From Phallusia mammillata (taxonomy: Eukaryota): a stretch of DNA of 64,000 bases. Each line of letters opens with the position of its first letter. The stretch's first letter is position 1. Position numbers and translations under genes: made by a program. Below the pieces are notes generated by a model, which had not been told where the DNA came from, did no database searches, and saw only the letters and a list, made by a program, of their open reading frames with translations. Of the stretch, positions 37,935 to 51,908 are shown piece by piece. The DNA is taken from positions 25,544,001 to 25,608,000 of the forward strand of contig OZ281495.1 in the NCBI GenBank assembly GCA_965637545.1, read 5' to 3'.

Positions 37935-40900
37935 ATGGCGGGCTCAAGTCCAAGCGGTGATGAAATGTCATCAACTGATTATTTGGGTACGTTTTTTGTG
38001 TTCATTACTTGGGTGTTTCGTTTGAAGCCCAACTGCCACAGGCACAGTCGCACAGAAACAGTTGAGCTAATTTAGCGTTTTTCAGCGACCCTTTTCTTGT
38101 GAAAACGATTACCACAAGTTCATTAAAAAGTAGCAGGGCTTAATTAGATTATGTTAAGTGTTGTATTCGCTGAAATATTCAAATATAGCCACTCACACAA
38201 GACACAGTAGAACAGAAACCGACTCTTGTTATAATATTTATGTATACTCAAACATGGAAAATATATGGCTAAGGTCATTTTTTGCCTTTATCTACAGGTA
38301 AAGTTAAACATCTCTTTTGTTCTTTGTTTTTTAATTGTGTGTTTTCCATTTTTTGTCTACCTATTTATGTATTTTTCTTTGCAAAAAATATTCAAAATGC
38401 TTTAGGACAGTGGTTCTCAACCGCTGGTCCGCGGACCGGTGCCGGTCCCCGTCAACTTTCCTGCCGGTCCGCCAAATATATTACAATATTAGATCTCAAT
38501 TGCATAATGCAAGATGTTAAACGTAGAGAAATTGTGTGGAAGTCAACCCTCTTCTTCCTGCAAAAACCTCATTACAACCACGTTTAAAACATATGATATC
38601 AAACAGACAGCAGCAAACTTCTCATTAAATTGAATTTCTCATACTTCTTTTGAATTGCGTATTTTTGTCCTGATTTCCTTTTGGGTTGATTTTGAAAGCC
38701 CACCGGTCCGCAAAATTTGTTTTGAAAGTTTACCGGTCCGCAAACTTAAAAGGTTGAGAACCACTACTTTAGGATATTAGTGGCATTGCAGTCTAATGCA
38801 AAATCACACAACAAAAATGTAAAATTTTGGTATTATTGTGTTCAATGCTTTAAAAATATAACCTATTAATTGCTAACATGAGGTATTGCAACTTACATTA
38901 AATTTGACTTAGCTTATGGTAAATTGTTCTTCATTTCTAATTTTGTAAAACAATGCTTTTTTTGACAACTAATTTTTTAGCAAGACACAACGTTTTGTTG
39001 TATGTTGAAGATGCAATCAGTCAGCTGCTTGAATATAAAGATGAAAACGCCAAAATTATTCATGGAAAGTTTTTGGCTGATTAGTAAGACTCATGTAACT
39101 TATCAATGAAACATCTATGAAATTAACTTTTTTGATTCATTGAAGTTTTAGAAGTGTTCACAAAGGCACCCATACCATGTTTCGTGAGTTTGAATATGTA
39201 CGAGCTACACCACACAATAGATCCTGCTTTATTAAATCTGTCTGGAGTTGTTTCAGACACATTGCTAGCCATGGAGGTAAGAGTGGATTACTTAAAAATG
39301 TAACAATTGTTGAAAAATAAATAAGCAGACTTGGACAACTAGATTTTTTTTCGGCATTTCAAATTAGATTAGAATTAAAATTAGAGCATCTCCTTTTTTG
39401 AAAATTAGATTAGAATTAGAATTAGAATTTTCTCAAAATCTAGAAATTAAACTAGAATTCAAACTAGAATTAGATTTAAGCAAACCAACTTTAGTTTGTT
39501 TCAAATTTGAACTTGTAGATTTGCACGTTTAAAACAATACGATTCGGTGCATCTAAAACGTGTTTGAACGGAGCTGAGTGCCAAATTTCACTGAAAAACG
39601 TGTTTCAGTGATGTAGTTTGGTCTTGTTAATTGCATGGTTTTGTGCGCTTTTGTAACAAAATGCATGCTCAGATCACATACCTAAAAGTGCCGTTGGACA
39701 AACTAGCGATTTTGGGAAAACTGTGAATTAGATTAGAATTAGAATTAGAGCTGACTCGATAATTCTAAATTAGATTAGAACTAGAATTACCGCCATTTTG
39801 CTCTAATTTACCCAATTAGACAACTAGAATTATCTAGTTGTCCAAGTCTGTAAATAAGGTTAAAAAAGTTTGAAAAAGTTTACGAGTTTTTGAACTTTTT
39901 TCTGCAGTTTTTTGATTTTTTTTGCATGTTTTTTTCTATTTTTCTATTTTTATTTGAAAGAGTATCTCATACAAAAATGTGAATATTTCTGTTTTATGTT
40001 TTTTTTGCTAGGTTATAGTATGTAATTAACAGCTACAATATATTAACAAATAAAAGTTAATGTGAATGCAATTGGTGTACTTTAGAGCTATTGAGTGTAA
40101 AGGAATACCATTCTCTCTTGTGTTTGCTTTGCAATGACTTTCCATTGGATGTTGTCCAGCGAACAGCAAGGATTGTGCTAATGGATGATGCTCTTGATTG
40201 TTTAATGTCATTTGTTGATTTTTTGTATGCCTTTCAAATACAGTTTTACTATGAAGGTAAGAACGTTAAAGTAATACTAAATTAAACTGAAGTCTTTAGG
40301 TGCTTAGTGTAGATAATTGTAAAAACAACTATGGTTTGGTTAAGTGTACAAATAAAAGCATTTTGCTGAGTTGTATTAAAACCACTGTTTTGCAGAATTT
40401 GTTAATGCATGTAAAGAAGCATATGATCATCTTTTAATGGCCAGTCCCACTGTTGTTGTGCCATCAACAGAGAGTTGGACCCAAACAAAGGCTTCTACAA
40501 CAGAAACTGAAAATGTTGCAAGGCTAAATGAAGGTGTGTTTGATTGGATGCCAGCAATTGTGTTTGTAAACAAGGTTTAATTTAATTTCAACATTTTTGT
40601 GAGGAAAATAGAAGGCTGTTAATACTACAATTATATGTATGTTAAATCAAATATCTTTTTATTCAAGGTGTTAATAGTCAGACTTTCTTTGATGTTATGG
40701 AAAAAACTTGTGGGAAACTTAGTCAGTTTACCAAGCGTCCATCTCTTCAACACATCCACAGTGAACTGAGCAAACTGCCCAAAGTTACATTTTATGGTCT
40801 GTTGACAGCATTGAGCAAAAATGATGACATTAATGCTGAAATAGGTAAGTACTCTGTTTTAAGACATAAACAGATTTACTCATGTGTGGATTTTGTTGTA

Positions 40901-41143
40901 TTTTACATTTTCAATCAGAACATTATCAAACTGTAAATTTATATTTTACGTGGCCTGTATGTATTTTTTCACAATACCCTGATAACATTGCTGTATTCAA
41001 CTGCAACAAGGAATGGTGGTGGAGGCATACATCCCTAAAGCCTAATTTGAAAATTAAAAAAATGTACTTTAATTTTTCAAGGTTCTCTACCTTGCCATGA
41101 TTGCATGTTGGATGGTTCAGATGTAGACATTATACTTAAATGA
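37935..41143 (+). CDS. CSTPP1: Centriolar satellite-associated tubulin polyglutamylase complex regulator (C11orf49 family)
   Basis: DYLARHNVLLYVEDAISQLLE; YFRSVHKGTHTMFREFEYVRATPHNR; KEYHSLLCLLCNDFP...ARIVLMDDALDCLMSFVDFLYAFQIQFYY; VTFYGLLTALSK. These closely follow the human C11orf49 sequence as I recall it. Confidence 0.88.
38408..38766. mobile_element. hAT (Charlie/Buster-like) MITE in CSTPP1 intron 1
   Basis: TIRs CAGTGGTTCTCAACC and GGTTGAGAACCACTA; exact TSD CTTTAGGA; CCGGTCCGC subterminal repeats. Confidence 0.9.
39326..39850. mobile_element. hAT MITE in a CSTPP1 intron
   Basis: Perfect 19-bp TIR CAGACTTGGACAACTAGAT; exact TSD TAAATAAG; TAGAAT/TAGATT subterminal arrays. Confidence 0.93.
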
Positions 41144-41899
41144 TGTTAAGGCTGTATCCAAATGTACTAGTTTGGGATTTTGCAATTCTACATGGCATCG
41201 AAACGTCAGAGGAAAACCATTGGTATAAAAGATTTGCATTTGCATCGCTGGAACTGTGAAATATCAGTGGTGTACACGCTGGTAAGAATGTCATTCCTAT
41301 ACATCTCCACGTACAGACATCACACAATTCAACAAGCTTTTGTCAAAAGGGCGAGCAAAATTTATTTACAGCAAACAAAATCTTTCTCGCGAGAGCTGTA
41401 TAATAGCGCAATAAATAGTATGTGTAATAGATGCCTATCGCATGGAACATCACACGTTAGGCTACGTTACAGTCGTTTTTTGCACTTAAGTGCGGCTAGA
41501 CAATACCAGAAAACAAGAACCACACACCGTTTCTCGATTGGCTTTCTAGATGAGATATCAGCAAAGCTGCTAAACAATGTCATCACTTAAACGATGCGGA
41601 CCGATTCGTTCTGTGATAAACGCTCTTCCGCATCAAGACTGTTTGAAATTTTGGCAGGCGCACTCAAAACCGGTTGCTTGCCACTTCAAAAAGCTGTTTG
41701 GAGCGAAACGCCTAAACCGGTTTGTGGGCAAAAAATGTTTGGATTGAAAGAAAGCAGCAGGGTGATTGAAGCATAAAAGTTTGTGCGCAGCACAGCATTG
41801 CTGATTCTATTCTGGTCGTTGCAATAAATGAATAAATAAGTAACGTTGTCCTTCGGCAGCAGGCGCAGATGTAAATTTTGCGTCGTTATTGATCTTTCC

Positions 41900-44800
41900 T
41901 CAAGCGTCCGTCTCTACAAGAAGGTCTAGGAACTGACATACGCCGGTTGTAGTCTCGGCCTTTTGCAGTCTAATGATATTTTTTGGTTGTGCGGCCACGC
42001 CCAAACTCTCATCGGTTATTGTGGGTGATCCGTTCACCCTCTGTCCAGTTATTATAACATTCGGACACGCGCTGTTTGACCTTCGACTGTGTCCTCCGCA
42101 GGAAGCCGTCGTTGTTTCGCCGTTTGTCGTTGGTCTGTGCATCAACGAGTGTAGATTGGGACACGGGCAGCTCCGGTTTGTGGTAAGGGCAAAGTCCCGG
42201 ATTGCTTGCTCAGGGTCGGAGAGGTTTAAGTATTGCATTCCAGACCCATTGTCCCTGACGACCCGAGTAATATGTAGTCTGGCCAGCTGGTCACCGTTGA
42301 TGGGTTGGAAAATTTCTAAGATCTGGGCTATAAGTACGAAATCGGCGCGACAAAATCCCCTCACTATATTTTTGCTGCACAACGGACACTCGACTTGTGG
42401 CAGACTGGGAGCCAGTGGTACAGGACACGACTTTCTACACTCCTCCACGCTGCGAAAGTTGTTTTGGTTTCCACCGCAACCATTGTACACGAAATGCTGC
42501 ATGTGTAAAGAAGCAAAGTAAATTTGGGTTCATAAAAATGGGCAAAAAGTTTGTAACCACTGTCAAGTCAAGTATAATCGGACATTATTAAAATGACAGT
42601 GGTGTGGTGCTATCAGAGTTGTAAGTCGGGCCGGGTTCGGGCTTACGTTTCTTTGAAAAACGGGCCTGATTCGGATCTGACTTTACACTCTGTGTCAGAT
42701 TTTTTTTTGAATAAATTTAAGTAGCCTAGCTAGTTGCTGGACCTGACCTTATGTCAAACAGCCCCTTATTCAAGACAATTGTCTGTTGTGTTTATTGTCT
42801 TGGTCTTTCCTGAGGCTTTATTTAATATATAGCCTGTCAATCAAACTATCGAGCCTAAACGGGCTTCTCGAAAACGATTCGGGTTCGGGCCGGGTTTCGG
42901 GCTTACACTATCAGGTTTTGGGCTCCAATTTCAGGCCCGTTTACAACAGTACTCTGGGTGCAATATTTTATTTGAAAACGAAAAATTACCATGCACGAAC
43001 CTCGCAATTTCCGGTAACTTTATTGTAGAAAATTCGCTGGCTGAAATTTCTGCAGTGTCCAACTTGGGGTGGTAAAACACAACGGTTGCGGCATGTCCTT
43101 TCACATTCCTGTCGTGTTTGATACTGAAAATTAAAGAAAAAGTAGGATTGTTGGGTGATCGTACAGTATTTCAAATTTTCTAGCTGCAAATTATTAATGA
43201 TGTTGTTTGTGAAGATGAATATTAATGAGTTAAAATATAAGACGATCTGATTCGGTACAACGCCTTTCATAGGCCTGGCGTACTGTGATGTTGTTTGTTG
43301 TTATTATTTAGCGGACTAATCATAGATTGAAAAAATGTTCGGCAAATTAGCTTATTTAGTTGATATGTAAAAACCGCATTTTAAAACAAGCTAATATCTT
43401 TCTCACCTTGTTGGTTAAAGAGCTGCAGTCACGGAAGGTTCGCGTATCGCAGGCTTCTGTTTCTCTATTGTAAAACCAAATTCTGCTATACACAAGAGCT
43501 GCAGGCGATTCGTTGCAGTTTTCATTCTGAGTCTCTGGATGTTGGAGACATTTCTCCTCGAATGTCAATTCGGATTCGGTGGGACGATTGTTAGCTTCCG
43601 GGTGAACTGTTAAGACGACAGAAATATACATTACAAAAAATTGTAAACAAACTTATCTTCAAACTTGAGGTAACGTTAGTATACAGACACTTGGTAGGGT
43701 TTAATATGACATTCTTAAAATTATTTTATCGAAGCTTAATTTTACCAAACTATTCTGTTTTAGCAAGACACATCTGTCACAAGTATGTGTCGAAGTCAAT
43801 TATAGCGACGTCGAATTCTATTTTGATAAACAACAAATATGTAATTCACCAACCTCGAACTATAAGCCTAAACGTCACAGTGACATATCCCATTATGTTG
43901 ACCGATTCACATGTGTAGGTTCCGGCGTCGCTGTGTCGTACGTGCCGGATATGCATCGTATCTCCCATTTCCCGAGGAACCGACACCCTATGGTGCGTTT
44001 GCCCTCGATGTATGTAGCCCCGGTGACCTTTGGCCTGCCAGAAGTACCTCGGACGTGGGTTGGCGTCCACGTGACACCACATCGTGACGTTATCGCCCTC
44101 TCGCGCCACCACGGGTTTGTGCGACGCGTAGGCGATGGGCTTGGAAAATACCTCGGAGGAGATAGGGTTGTTCCGCGGCGTTGTGACAATTGTTCTCGGG
44201 CAACGGATCTGAGAAAGGCTGATACCGGATCGACAGGCCTCTTTGTCCATCTGGCAGCGTGACATATAGGTTAACGAATCGGAGGCGCAGATGAACGATG
44301 TGTTGGTGGGATTTGGACAGTCTTCGGCGCATTCGCATTTGGCCTTATTGCCTCGTGTCACGCAAACCAGTCCTTGGCCTGAGCAGTCAATGTCGTGACA
44401 GGTGATTGGATTCTGCGTTCATAATAAGAAGTGAAAATTGTGGAAATATTTTTCGCTACACCCGCAAAATACGTTGCAAGCAATAAACTCGTGTTAAAAA
44501 TGCATCACTCTGATGGTGTCCTTAGGTAGTTTACTGCAAACCTGTTTTGGTGCGCTGCCAATTGCCTGCTAGGTCTAACAAAGCGCGGTAATTTTACAAT
44601 TAGTCTGCATTTTATTGCAAAATGACTCTTTATGTGTAAAAGTCTTTATCAGTATTATTTTCATCCACATAAAGTGGTTAAACTGGTAATGTATTTTCAA
44701 CGCGAGTGTACTTTGACGTATAGTCTTGGTGATTATGCAAATTCCAACAAACAAAAAATGCGCCAAACACGTAAACGTTCACCGCGCTGTAATCGGCAAA

Positions 44801-45673
44801 AGCACCTGGCGGTCAATTCGTTTGATAGAGAATCGGCTTTATCGGTCGGATATAGTTCAATTCGTACCACACACTGGGATAGAGAAACGGTCATGTTTGT
44901 AGTCAGTATACACCGGACTATCATAACTGACATAGGATGATGAATGAGAAATTTTCAATTGACAATGCTGACTGGTAGATATGTATATTTTGAGTAGTTG
45001 TATAAGGAAAATGAACTAAACCTGACAGATTATTATTATTATGTTTGTTAAAATGGTTTTCAATCCCCGAGGTAGGCCTGTAAACAAAACATATTGCGTG
45101 TTTGTCGAGTAAACGCATGTATTTTGGGCGCTTTATCTTAAGCATGTTAAAGAAAAGATTTGGAAAAAATATATTTTCACATTGCCGTATTCGTGTCCAT
45201 ATCCATGACTATTTATATAAATGGATTTGAAATCCAAACTTTAAGCAGTTCAGGTTGTTGTTGTTTTTTGCATTAGCAGCCTTGTAATCGCGTTAGCCAA
45301 TTGTTTTACGGTTTTCTTAATGGAGCTTGTCTTCATTCATTCTGCTTAGATTGAATAATTTTGTCCAAAGCCCTTGTACAAAAAAATTAATCATTATAGA
45401 ACCCACCTCTTCAATTTCTGTACAGCTCATAGTTCCACACAAATTTGCACAACAAAGTTCATTGACACCGCACTGAAAGCGTGATTGACATATATCAGGA
45501 CACGCCCCTAAAGCATCTCTGCCCCTGGGTGTGGGGCACTGCGGTGGGGTAAGCACCCACGGGGGACGTTGGTTACCTACCCCAAGTCTCCAAATCCTTG
45601 AATAGGTATGAATCGGTGTAGCTGTTGTTGTTCGAATTACAAGACAGATTAGACTTATTACAAGTTTTAACAT
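41900..45673 (-). CDS. WFIKKN: WAP-follistatin/Kazal-Ig-Kunitz-Kunitz-NTR protein (GASP), 5 coding exons
   Basis: Exons 45673-45407 (signal peptide and WAP), 44412-43854 (follistatin/Kazal and Ig), 43606-43407 (degenerate Kunitz 1), 43123-43001 and 42496-41900 (Kunitz 2 GHCRNF...YNGCGGNQNNF, then NTR CPLC...FCRADFV). The domain order is diagnostic. Confidence 0.93.
42614..42956. mobile_element. hAT MITE in the last WFIKKN intron
   Basis: Left TIR CAGAGTTGTAAGTCGGGCC; right GGCCCGTTTACAAC(AGTA)CTCTG; TSD GGTGCTAT/GGTGCAAT (7 of 8 match). Confidence 0.78.
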
Positions 45674-48600
45674 TTTTGAATTAATATTGATTGTTAATTT
45701 TTTGGCAGATCTGAAAAAAAAAACTTTTTTTCAACATTGGATCTAAGTATTTTTGCTTGTGTGTTTTGCACAAAACGAAAACTAAAACTGGTTCAACAAA
45801 ACAACTGACCTTTTTAAAAAAAGACTTTTGAAAAATATATTTTGTTTAAAAATCTATAAAAATAACTCTTTCAGACAAAAAAAATAACCAAAAATAAAAT
45901 AGTTTTTCCAACATATAATTAAATACTCTCTGCCTATAAACTTCAAATTACAAAAAAAATCCAATGAAAACTCACAAAAATATGTTCCTCAAGTTTACAA
46001 CACAACATGCCGCTGTCCCTGTCTCGCCTTGTGCCGTGATTTTATCGACCAACTAACTTTCATGTTCTTATCTTGTGCCCCGATCGCCGATAATAAGTGG
46101 CCGAAAGGCGCGAAAACTCGCTTTAAAGGGCCGCGCCGTCAATGAGACACTACGATGGAGAGCAGTATTTTGGGAACGTTCCGGAGTACAGCCGTAGTGC
46201 GGGAAATACTCGGCTTCCGATTGGACTCACCACATGTAAAGAGAGTTAAGTCTTGTTTTGATCTAAGCGGCAGATAATCACTATCGAGCCTTGTCACTAA
46301 GCAGTCTAATGAATGAGACCGCCACAGAATTTGGAGTGGAAGGTTTAGACGGGACCTACGTGAGAACTCGCGACGCAAACCGAAGCAGCTTGAGTTCACC
46401 ACCGGCACGCAGTTATCGCTTTATTCACTACTACACGAGCAACAAGACGAAAAACAATCATTAATTCTGAGCTGAGTGCGACGCCTGAAAGCCTCGTTGA
46501 CACCTCGGGACTCAACTGCAGTCGTTAATCACCCTAGAGGGAGCTTTGATCTGTCTGTAGGTCAGGACTTCGCGACTACAAAGTTATCCACTCGAGAAGT
46601 AGTGCGCCAGAGGCCGTTAGGAAAGCGGATCGCGCGAGAAAACACGCAAACGAAAACATCCGACTGCTTGACCCTTAGCGAGGGTGAGAAAGTTTTTATT
46701 TAAATCGGTGGGAATTGCTGCTTGACAAACTTAACAAGTGCGATTGAAAGCGTCTCGAGTAAAACTTGCCGTAAACAGGACGACACGAAGTTAAACCGCG
46801 TGTCTGGCTCCCAGTCAGAGGGTCTACGATCGACGCCGTGCCCCGATACGTGCCTCACACACGACATAAAGGGTTGGGTATTGGACTTTTAGTTTCTCGG
46901 AACTTAAAAGTTTGAACGCTTTATGCAGCAACGATTTAATGCATTTCAAACGCTACAATTTAAAATGAGTTTCCTATAAAAAATGCCCACAAAAACAAGT
47001 TTTCGAATTACTTTTGCAGGAATAAATTACTCTAAAAGTAAAGTCCTCCTGCTTCTGCATCTCTAACGCGGATAAAAGAACGCAAAGACATGTCCGGCAA
47101 ACGAAACTAATTGCAAATGGCTAAAACTGTCCGCGCTGCTATTTTTATCAAACTCCAGACGGGCGACATCTGCATTTAAACACAAACAAATCTTTTTCCA
47201 TTCGCGCGGGCCATCCATCATGGCGATGAGGGCCTGAGTCCAGACAAGATCGCTGAGGGGACACGCTTTTCTTCGTCACGTTCCAACAGGCGTCTGGCGG
47301 TGGCCGAACGATCGTGCTGACCGAACTTACTGGTGTAAGGGTGGCCACACTTCGGCTGCAGTTGATCGCAATGTCACAGTCTCTCGCTTTCGGCTTCCTT
47401 TTTAACAAGCAAATGCAAGTGCTATGATAGGGGATTTGAACATTCCACCTAAAGGTTATCGGGCGTCTAGACTTCTCGCTCTTTTGATCCTTGTTTACGC
47501 GTGCGCCCTCCCAGGAGGTTCACGAAATGCACCGTTTTCAGTTAAATCCAGAGTGTCAAGGTGTACGTTCGCATGTGACGGACCGAGCGACTTCACACTA
47601 GATTGATGCCTCTGGCTTAAGGAAAAATCTGCAAATTATTCACACTTGAGGGACCGGCACGCAATCTCAATTGTCTTTGCACGTTATCCAAAATTACAAT
47701 CGAGGTTTCGACGTGAATCTAGCATCGGTATTTAGACAGCAAAATAGAAAAGCAAAAGTAGAAGCCCAAAATACCTTGGTCACGTAGGGGCTACATCTGG
47801 AAAATTATTGCCAAAAACTTTAATGTAAATGTTACAAAGTGTTTTAATGTGAGAAAAAATGTACTATCGAGTCTCCATATCAAATGTACTCCATTGCACC
47901 ATGCACTATAAATCTATTACCAACCACTGCGTTCGTAAACGACTGCAAAAACTACACCAATAATGGCAGGTGCCTTTGATCATCAATGTAAGCCGAGAAT
48001 ATCATGTTTTGTATCTAGTTGATGCAAATGAGCCTGGCATTTTATGACAATGCAACAAAGGATGGAGCGACATAGCGATATCGTTGATGTGACGATAGCT
48101 GATGTCATTACGCCGAAGCTGGCGATTGTGGTGTCATTAAAATGCACCGTCATGTTTCTCCCTGCAACAAAAACGTGAGGTAATGGCCACCCAGAATATA
48201 CTTCTCACGTATGTGAATTGACTACAGAAATACCAGATCGGCATTTGCATTTAATCTTGCAGTCGTGACCTTTTTGTAGCATCGTATGGATTTTATGAAT
48301 TCGTCTGGTTTGTTTTACCTTGTAAAGCTCTGGGAGGAGTTAAGTTGTTTTGTAGAACTTAAATGCATTCACTGACTCCTAGTACTAACCCAAGGACCAA
48401 AAACCCATTGCAATTCAAAGCCTTTGGGTTTGGAACCACTGTCATTATCGGACCAAAAAATACATTGACTTTGACATAAGAGGGGGTATAGTACACACTG
48501 CATACTATGAATATTTCTATGCTTGGTAGTGCTAGGATGTTAAACTCTTATTTAATTGTTGCACCCGCCATTTTGGTTTTGTTAATGCATGACAGAAAAA

Positions 48601-49638
48601 TTTCGAATTGTCTCAAATGTGATAACTTTTATTTCACCGGGAGAATTTTTTAAAACAAGACTTAGTATTTTTTGTTGACCTAAACATTGTTCCAAACATT
48701 ACCTCTTTCCCACATGTTTCGAAAATGAAAAAAATTATCACCTATATGTTTTGTTGGTGATCTTAATGAGTTACAATGTACTATTGTGTTGATATATATA
48801 AATATACATATAGGTAGAACGGTCATTAGACATCATTTAAGTTTCAAATTTCGTTTCAAGATGAATTTGCACGCAACAATGCGCTAAACATTTCCATACC
48901 AAATCCAATAGCTCAGTTTCACATAAATTATCTGCTCCACGACCGGCGCAAAACACATCACTCGCCTTAAATTGCTGAAAACCCCTTTCCATTGCTATCT
49001 CTGTTTATACCAATCAGCACCCATTATTTTCTGCAAGCTCCATTTCATATAGCTGTATCAACTTATATGCATGCTTAAGATGACGTAAGGAAATAAGAAC
49101 GGTTTAAACCCGAAGAAAGTAAATAAACTCGTTGCGACGGTGCGTACGTAATCCACTTATGATGAGGGTCGTTTTGGGCTGTTGAAAAAATAATCTAAAA
49201 GATTTTGGCAAGCAAATTAGCAAGCCGGTAATTGCTGTCAAAACATACGCCCAATCGGATTCCTTTAGCTCCAACGAAAATATTGCGCTATTCGGGTGAA
49301 AAACCTCAACAATTTCCAGGGAAAGATAAATGCCTGGCCATTTTGCAACTTGCAACCGGCCGTTTTGTGCCCCCAATGAATTCTCAAAATAAGAGGTAAC
49401 TTGCTGGAACTGGTTTTGAGACATTACTGTTATTTTTGGAAGAAGAGTAAGGACGAAGGTTCACTATTTTGCTTATGAGCTGCTGAATAAATCTAGGCAG
49501 TATAACGCGATTCAATAACAAACATCGATCACTCCTCCAGCTTATATTCGGCAATTTTGTCTCAGTTTATTTCCAAGATTTGTTTCGAGAATTGAGATAT
49601 TAAATGCAGGGTTCTATTTCAAAAGGAATACCCTAGAA

Positions 49639-49877
49639 CAGGGTGGTCCAAAGCCCGGCACGCAGGTCGCTTGCTGCCCGGCGGTATACCTTTTGTGCGG
49701 CCCGAACATTTTTTGTACACACAATGAACGAATCGATTGCATTAGTTCTAGCCCTCGAAACGTGAAGTCGAACAAATCAGCAAATCTAGTCTTTTGATAC
49801 AAAAGGGCATTTTCTTTGCGGCCTGGCAAATGTTTCTTTTAAATGGCCCTTCATTCTCTTAGTCTTGGACCACCCTG
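49639..49877. mobile_element. hAT-like MITE without intact TSD
   Basis: Perfect 13-bp TIR CAGGGTGGTCCAA; flanks CCCTAGAA and TTACGTCA do not match. Confidence 0.65.
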
Positions 49878-50889
49878 TTACGTCATGTTATGACAACATG
49901 ACACGCTATTTCTGTCAAAGAAACATTGGAATTAAGCAACAAGATTTGGTCACACAAATAGCCGCTTACTTTGCCCTAGAAAGACAGATTAAATTTAACA
50001 AAAACAGAAAATTACATTAACTTTTTTTTGCCTTCGCATGGAGCTGTGAATCGAGTCATGATCATTTGTATTTAACTTTCAATGCAATCAGCATTATGAT
50101 TGTTATTTGTAAAACGGTGTAGCATTAAGAAATTTGTATGTTACAACTTTTGGCTGTTATACATCGTTTATCTGCAACACTAAAAGTGACACAACACTAA
50201 CATGACACATTAGTTTTGTCTATAACATTTGTTCGCCGGAAATGTAATTCCGATATGGCACAGGAAATGAAACAGACAAATTCGTCAAACGTTAAGACAG
50301 AATTTTGCATTAATTGACACTTAACGTAATCAATTGTCTGATGGAATGCAAACATAGTATCATAGGAATGCCGTACTTTTGCAATAAAATCTAAGACACA
50401 TTAGGATGGCCAGTCAAAAATTTGCATACTACGTCACGAACGTCGGCCGCCATTTTCCCAAAAGTTGGGCAATGTAGATGCAGAAAACGGCATTCCAGCG
50501 GTTTCTAGCGCAACTAATTACGTCTGGACGTTGCAAATGGAGACCAATTTCCCGTTTTGCTCGTCTATAGCTTCAATGAATCTTAATTAGGCTGTTTTAT
50601 TACGCCCGACAAATCGTTAGGATCAAATCGGAAGATTTTGTCCGTCTGCTACTGGATGTTGCAATAATAACGTAACGTCTGCCCCGAAGCATTTTTAAGG
50701 CCTAAATATGCTTGTTGGCTGGCAAATTCACAAAAATACAACTTTTACGTTTCAATAATAAAATTTGAAGGGTTGGCATAAATGCAAGTGGCTTAAGTTA
50801 GAATAAGTCAGTTGTCATCTCATTTTATTACCGACCCCATGTTTGTTGTCCTTACCCTGTTTAACTCCAAATACTGTGTTGTAAATCAT

Positions 50890-50973
50890 TATGATGTGAT
50901 TTTTGTTTTATTAGAGTCTTGTCCTTTTACTATGATGTGATTTTTGTTTTATTAGAGTCTTGTCCTTTTACTA
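50890..50973. repeat. Perfect 41-bp tandem duplication
   Basis: TATGATGTGATTTTTGTTTTATTAGAGTCTTGTCCTTTTAC twice, plus TA. Confidence 0.9.
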
Positions 50974-51908
50974 AAAAAAAATTTTTTTTGACGTTTTTAC
51001 GACTTTAAACGTAGCCTTTAAAGGTATTTTTACCATATTTTTTACGTCGGTCAAGTTACATTATTTTTGTAATGTGAAAATTAGCTTCCGTCGAGCAGAC
51101 AGATTTTTTTCCCAAAAGTCGCGTCATTGTGGCTTCAAGACTTTTTTGTCAGACTTTTGGGCAAAATATTTATCGCTGGCTCTCGGAATTTGGCCCATCG
51201 AATGATCTTTCGAAAAAATAGCCTATTTTTGTCAAAAAAAAACACACTGTCAAAGGGCTTTGTAAGACTAGTGTACAATTAGCTTGTTCTTAAAACATAA
51301 CCAACTATTTTTTTTATTTTTGCGCTTTTGTTGGCGTTCCGCCGTCTGGTTCTATCCGCACTTTTGGAACAAACAACCTTGACCAACAAGGCTTTACGCT
51401 ACAAAAACGCACGCATCGTTTTTGCCACCGGCCATGCTAACCGGTAAAGATTAAAATCAATAACCACTGCTGCCTCCGTTTATGTGGTAGCTTATCGGAT
51501 TCGACATCGGTGATCATCACCCAGTGAAGCAGGCGCTCGTCTCAATCTATTTGCCACAATCCCACTAAACTCAGCAGTTTGACGTATTTTAGTTCACGTA
51601 AAACTACATCATACGCAGTTACAGTCACAAGTCAACGCCTGTGGTATGGTCTGTAGACCAGTGTATCATAAATTTACTTCCTGATTAATGGCCTAGTTGA
51701 TCGTTTGGTTTAGTTGGACTAGACGCACACATTACTCATGTGATGTAGGCTTTTCGAGTTGATTGTGTGCATGTCACAAGCGATACTGTTGATTTTGCAA
51801 ACACTTCCACCTGGCGAGACGACGATGTTTGGGACTGGCGCATTAGTCATATATGCTTGTCATCACTCCAAGGACATTTAAACCATAAATATACGCTATC
51901 AATTAAAT

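Noticed and set aside
41973-44338. Long antisense or alternative-frame ORFs overlapping WFIKKN exons (and those within 6065-8077)
   Set aside because: Shadows of GC-richer real exons; the translations show no domain features.
47983-48153. 56-aa minus-strand ORF MTVHFNDTT... with a hydrophobic stretch
   Set aside because: Short, no homology recognised, and within chance expectation; might be a UTR or non-coding exon.
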